Source: Eledone cirrhosa
Lineage: Eukaryota
Reading direction: 5' to 3'
Assembly (NCBI GenBank): GCA_964016885.1
Contig: OZ024747.1
Location: 87,854,001-87,918,000 of the forward strand
DNA length: 64,000 nt
Every line of letters starts with the position of its first letter. Within the stretch, counting starts at the first letter, position 1. The translations under genes and the position numbers were made by a program. Under the pieces are notes generated by a model. That model was not told the origin of the DNA. It saw nothing but the letters and a program-made list of their open reading frames with translations, and searched no databases. This document shows positions 53,701-60,800 of this stretch, in pieces.

Positions 53701-56700
53701 TAACGTCACTAATAACTTACTTGTAATTTGTACCATTCGATCATTTCTAAAGTCTTCATCATCTGGGAGTTCATTCTCAGCTTCAGCTAGGTAGTTATAC
53801 TCTGGGTCATTGGCATCGTCATCAAGGGCTTCACTTGGGTCTTCTACATCTGTAAAGATGAACAAATGTCAGAGAAAGAATAACAAGAAAGTGAGAGGAT
53901 GGAGGAAAGAATAAGAGAACAAAAAGCAAGAATCAAGACAAAGAGACAGAAAGTAAAATAGAAAGAAATCTGATATAGAAAGAAGAGCCCCTCCCACCAA
54001 AAAAGAGATCATCATCATCATCATCATCATTTTACGTCCGCTTTTCTCTGCTTGCAAGGGTGGGACGGGTCTTATTCAGCACAGCATCTCTCCACTCGTC
54101 ACGGTCCTTCGTCATCTCCACCATGAGCTTCAATGATCTGAGGTCTGTTCTCACCACCTCCGCCCATGTTTTTCGTGGTCTACCTCTACCACGTCTTCCT
54201 TCAACTGGCATTTTCTGGCACTTCTTCACCCATCGGTCATCCTCCATGCGCATCACATGTCCATACCACCTCAGTCTCCTCTCCCGTACACTACATTCTA
54301 TCCCTCTCAGACACAGTTTCTCTCTCAACACATTTATGCTGGGTCGTTCACGCACATTTACACTGCACATCCAACGGAGCATGCTTGCCTCATTTCTCTC
54401 CAGCCGTCGCATATCCTCTGCAGTTGCTTCCCATGTCTCACTACCATGCAGCATCGCGCTCCTCACACAGGCATCATACAACCGGCCTTTCGTACGCAGG
54501 GAGAAACCCTTCTTCGTCAACAGAGGAAGCAGCTTCCTAAACTTCTTCCAACCCGTCCTTATTCTAGATACTATGGCCTCGGAACACCCTCCTCCCATGC
54601 TAATCTGATCTCCTAGGTACCGGAAGCTATCCACCACTTCTATAGCGCCCGTCTGCATTTGAAAAATGTGTCTATCAATGCGACTTCTACTGTCTAATTT
54701 CCCTGTACATCTACTGCATACATATTTCTCCCTACCTGTTAGTTTGCCTGCTATCCCGCTACATCTCTTGTGTACCCAGGATCTGCATTGTGTGCATTTT
54801 ATAGAATTTATGCCAGTTCCTTTTCTGCATATCGAACATGGCCATTTCCCTGACGGAATCAGGGTTTTGTCCTCTTTTCTACTCAACACTTTTGTCTTAG
54901 CTAGGTTCACTCTCAGTCCTCTTGCTTCCAACTGCTGTCTCCGTAGCCAGAATTTATTCTCTAGCTCCTCTACTGATTCTGCTATAAGAACCAGATGGTC
55001 AGCATAGAGAAGTTACCATGGACAGCCAGTCTTAAACTCCTCTGTTATGGCTTGGAGGACTATAATGAACAAGAGCGGGCTGAGGACCGAACCCTGATGT
55101 ACTCCTACTTGTATCTGGAATTCCTCACTAAACTCCATTCCTACCCTGACTTTACTGAGAGTACCTCTGTACAAAGTTTGCACTGTCCTCACAAGCCATT
55201 CCTCAACACCTAGCTTCCTTAGGGACCACTAGATGACAGATCGGGGTACCCTATCAAAGGCCTTCTCTAGGTCAACAAAGGCTAAGTATAGTGGCTTATT
55301 TTTCTCTAAGAACCTCTCTTGCAATTGTCTCACCAAGAAGAGGGCATCTGTTGTACTCTTCCCAGGCACAAAACCAAACTGCATCTCATCTAGTTTGATC
55401 CTTTCTCTAATTAGTTGTGCTAATATCCTTTCTGCCACTTTCATAACCTGATCTATCAGTTTTATACCCCTATAATTGCTCCTCTCCAGAGCATCCCCTT
55501 TACCTTTGTAGCAATTTATGAGAATACTGCTGCACCAGTCTTTGGGTATGACACCACCATATATAGCCTGATTGATGATGCGTGCAATCAGTTTAGTGCC
55601 TACGTCCCCTGATGCCTTCAGCATCTCAGCAACTATTCCCGATGGTCCAGCAGCCTTACCATTTTTCATTTCCCTAATCGCCTCTTGGACCCTATATTCG
55701 TCAATCTCAATAGCTGGTCCCTCTGTCGGATCTACTAAGGGTAATTTCTCTCTCTCCCATTCGTTCTCCACATTCATCAGTCTCTCATAATGACATTTCC
55801 AGGCCTCCTTTTTCTGATCATTCATGACACTAAGTACACCGGCATCATCCCGGACACATTTATCTCCAACATCCTGATTTGCATTGACACACTGCCTTGC
55901 AATGTGGAACACCGCACACCTCTGATCTTCCCGTCGCAGAACATTGGCAAACCTCCTACTCTCTGCCTCCCTGCGTGCTAAGTACACCTGACGTCTAGCT
56001 TCTCTCTTAGTGGCTGTATATTCTTCCCTACTCCCACCCTTTTTCCAAGCCTTCCATGCTAGTCTTTTGTCTCTAATGGCCTTATCTACTGTGCTGTTCC
56101 ACCACCAGGTCACTCTCTGTCTGGTTGGAGCTCTGCTCCAGCCACAAATTTCATCAGTAGCCTGCAGCAAGTTGTCACGTAAGAAATTCCAGTTATTATC
56201 TATGTCATACATCTCTAAATCGTCTTCTTTTTCGTCATATACATCTTGAAGGGCTTTCCTAAATTTGTATTTTAGTGAAAGGTCTTTTAGCTTCCAGACA
56301 TTTCTTCTCCACACCTTCCTATATGTCTCATTCCATCTCTTGCTTACTGAGCTATCACTAACAACTAACCTATGCTGTGGGGTACATTCTTCCCCAGGGT
56401 ATGCCTTGGTATTAGACACTATCTGCCTGTCCCACTGCCTAACTAGCAGGAAGTCAATCTGGCTTATGTGCTCACCAGATTTGTAGGTTATTACGTGATT
56501 GGCAGGTTTCTGGAAGTTTGTGTTGCAAATAGTCAATGTACCTGCATCACAAAATTCAAGAAGTCTCACTCCTTCTTCATTTCTTGAGCCGTAACCGTGC
56601 CCACCATGTACCCCTGTGTAACCATCCTGGAGCTGTCCAACATGACCATTGAAGTCTCCTGCTAGCATAACGATGTCTCCGTCCTCTGTCATTGCGGTTG

Positions 56701-57776
56701 TTTGTAAAAGTTGCTCGTAAAAGCAGTCTTTCTCATCTTTGCCTAGGCCTGCTTGGGGAGCATAGGCCAAGATGATTGTCAGATGAGAGAATAAATTAAC
56801 TCTTAACATCTATTAATGATTTAGCAGGTTAATTCAAATATTTACATATCTTTAACCCTTTAGCATTTACATTCCTCAATATTTACTAGAGTATTTTCAT
56901 GGCAAACACTTTACCTCATAATTGTCTCATATAATATAGAGATTTGGATATTATTTATTTTGAGAACAATACCTTAATGTAAGTATGAGCAGCCGATTAA
57001 AGCCGGTTTGAACAGAGAGAGGTGAGAGAATTCTGGCCAGATACAACCAGTTTAAATGCTAAAGGGTTAATTGAAATATTTACAGTATCTTTAATGCTTC
57101 ATAAATCATTGTTAAAATTTGCAGTATTAGAGTAAATACTCTAATTTTTAATGTGATGCAGACATAGTGCTGTTTTGTATATTTTTCAAAAGTGATTTAC
57201 TAATTTAGTTCCATGCAGTACAGGATGTTAAGAGTTAAAAAGAAAATAAATGGGAGCAAAAAAAACAAACAACTGAACTGACCTTCGCTTTTGGTAAGTG
57301 ATTTTAAAAAGTCTTGCCAATCCTTATCATTGCACTCTGTATCATACATGTCTTGAGTAATGTCAGGAGCTACAAAACTAGCCTCTATCTCAGTAAGAGA
57401 TGTGTCATGCAAAGGTAGCTTCGAACGGGTTCGACGGGCAATTGTCTCCTCAGTTACGTCCTCCTATAGAAATAATATTCCAAATGAAAGAGTACAGCAG
57501 AAGAGTACATTAGTTGTTGGGAGGGGGGGGGGAGGGGGGGTGCATCCAATAATTTCTTATTGTTTTGTTACTCTCATAAGTTCCTGAATTCAATTCCTGA
57601 ATCAGGTGGCTTGTTGTGTTCTTGAGGTAGTGGTTGCAGTTAAGGTTGCTTTACATGACAGGACTGGGGTCCCTATCTATATTTAAATTTGAGCAGCTTC
57701 TGTCTGTCACACAATGTTTGTTTGTGTGAATGTATGTCTGTCAGTGTGTATTTTCTTAAGTGTGTCTGTGTTTGCC

Positions 57777-57810
<34 letters not shown>

Positions 57811-60800
57811 TTTACGTCCACTTTTCCCTGCTTGCAAGGGTGGGACGGGAACTGATTCTGGCTTGATTTCTACAGCTGGATGCCCTTCCTAACACCAACC
57901 TCATTTACAGTGAGTGCTGGGTGCTTTTTTTCCGTGGCACCTCCACGACCACTTTGCAGTGGAATGATAGGGACCTCAGTCCCTATCATCTCATTTCTAC
58001 AGCTGAGTAAACTGGAGCAATGTGAAATAAAGTGTCTTGCTCAAGGAAACAACACATCACCCGGTCTGAGAATTGAACTCACAACCTTTCGATTGCAAGC
58101 CCAATGCTCTAACCACTAAGCCATGTGCCTCCATTGCATGTTTATATTTATATACTCACGCATATAAATGTATGCATATGCACACACACACACATGCATA
58201 TACACATTCGCGTCAGCATGTTGAAAAAAATTCTAGTTATTAAAACATACAAAGAAACCTCCTGTAAGATGCAGCCTTGTAGGAGGCAAGCTAAAACTAC
58301 ATAAGTGTGAGCTGTAATATTTTTCAAGACAGGAGCTGCAGGTTAAGCAAATGAATGTGTATGTATGATGGATTGTTACATTGACAATGAATGTGTGCCA
58401 ACTGTTTGATCAATGGATCTACCTATCACATTAGACACATGTAGCCATAACATAATCCTGCATCAGGATTATGTTATGGCTACAAGACAATGTTAATGAA
58501 GGAAGAAATCAATAAAATCAGCTATCTTCTTAAAAGAAGATATCTGGGATCACTACTAACCTTCTTGTCCTCCTCACCTGTCTCAGCTATGGACTGATTG
58601 CGATTTTCGGTCATTGATGTCATGGATGATTTCACAATATGCAAGTTCGGAGACGAAGTTAATGTGGAATTTAAACTTTCGGTGTCATCATCACTTTCAA
58701 TCTACAAAAGAAAAATGTCAATGCAGTTTCATGTGGTATATGATGTTAAAAGTTAACAAAGGCTCAATAATAATGGAAGGTTTTTAGATATATATATATA
58801 AACACTTTTGTATAATAGGATAAAGGCAATTTCAGGTGGTTTGGTATCAAAAGGGTTAAGATATAAATTAACCAGCAAAAATATTTTCCATAAGCTATAA
58901 AGTTCTCACCTCTGCAGTGGTATCTTTTTCTGGGTTGTAATCATCATCTTCTTCATCTTCATTGAAAGGGATGTCCAATATACTAACTTTACTTTCTGAC
59001 ATCTTATTAGAAGGCAAGGGCCAAGGGGTCATTCCCTGAAAATAGATATTGAGTAGATAGGTTGTAAATGGAAATACAAAATAAACAGAGAAAAAAAAAT
59101 TGTTTCACAGTTCAAATAAAATATATAAAATATATGAATGATTAATTTTTTTTTTTTTGCAAATATGGTTGTGTGGTTAAGGAGTTCACTTTGCCCACCA
59201 TATTTCAGGTTCCATTGTGTGGTACTTGGGGCAAGTGTCTTCTATTATAGCCTCAGGTTGACCAATGCCTTGTGTGAAATTGGGTAGACAGAAACTGTTT
59301 GGAAGCCCATTAAATCTTCATCATAGCCCCATGTGAGTTCTGTATGTTCCCAAAGCTGAAGGAGAAGCTCAGGGGTATGTACTTCAAGGAGATGAAGAAG
59401 GCTATGACAAGTGCCCTGAACACCTTCACTGTGGAAGACTACAAGGGAACCTTCCTGAAGTGGCTGGAGCACTACAAGTGCATTGAAGTTGGAAGGAGAC
59501 TAGAGTTTTGTGTCGATCTGTGTTGAATAAAAGTCTCCTAGATAAAACCTCTTGAGTGTGCAGCTGTATTTAAATTTGTGTCTGTATCAATAAAATAAAT
59601 ACCAGACTTGAGAAAAAATAAAAGTACTGGGATAAATATGGTCAACTAAATCCCTTCAAGGTGGTGCCTCAGAATGGCTTCAGTCTAATGACTGAAATGA
59701 GTAAAAGAGTATTAATACTTACATCAGATTTTTCGAGTGCTTCTCTGATTTTTGAACGAGTCATTTTAGGCTCATAGACAGCTTCAATAAATTCTCCTTC
59801 GACCTCTCCAGCTGATTTCAAAGTATTGTTCATCATAGCTACAACATGTTCATTAGTGATCACAGTCTGTAATTAGAAAACATCAAAATAGAGATGGCAA
59901 TGGTAATTACATCACAAACAGAAATACATAAATTGCTGAAAATATGAACTACAAAGAGAGAGAGAGAAGTTGTATACATGAAATTATATAAACAGAAACT
60001 GAAGATGTTGATTATATATAGAATCATCATTATCATATTTATATTCACTTTTCTAAGTTGGCATGGGTTTGGACAGGATGGATTGAGACAATATTCTTTA
60101 GCTAGATTTCCTTCCTGATGCTAGCGCTTTTAATAATTTCTTACAAAATGCAGAGATACATAGTGTATCTATTCTAAACCGAATACATATACATAACCAA
60201 TAACTGTTTATCTCCTTAGCATTTAAACCAGCCAGAATTCTCTCACTTCTTTCAGTTCAAACCGACCATAACTGGCTGCTTATACTTATGTTAAGGTATT
60301 GTTCTCAAAATAAATAATATCAAAATCTCATAGAGTTGATATTATGTGAGGTAAAGCCTTTACCATGAAAATATAATAGTAAATATAGAGTAATGTAAAT
60401 ACTAAAGGGTTAATACATTGATGATAACTATCCAGAAACAATTTTAATCCTTTCATTACCATATTTCTAATAAAAAACACTCCCTATGATTTTCAAATTT
60501 TGAAAATAATCAAGAATTTGAAGGGATTTAGTAATATAGTTAACTTTCTCATTATTTAGTTGATGATTAGAACATAACAAAGGTTCATGCATGAAATCAT
60601 GATGGAAGACTTTTAGATAACTACAAATATTTAAAATATATGCCCTTATATCATAAAAACATAAATAGGTAGCTTAATATCAAAAGTGTAAATAGCTAGC
60701 AGGAAAAATGAACATGAAATGATGATATATATATACCCCTATAGGGTAGAAAGGGCTCCTCGGCTGAGTCAATGACCAACAACCTCATCGAGGGATTCAA

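Noticed and set aside
55013-55231. Rescue of the RTE LINE by A-to-I editing of UAG to Trp
   Set aside because: The copy also has a second stop, YADD changed to YADH, and a 5' truncation, so it cannot be functional.
58060-58132. tRNA gene calls at A/B-box sequences (also 2815-2900, 35890-35976)
   Set aside because: These are SINE heads that continue into SINE bodies; no complete cloverleaf was evident.
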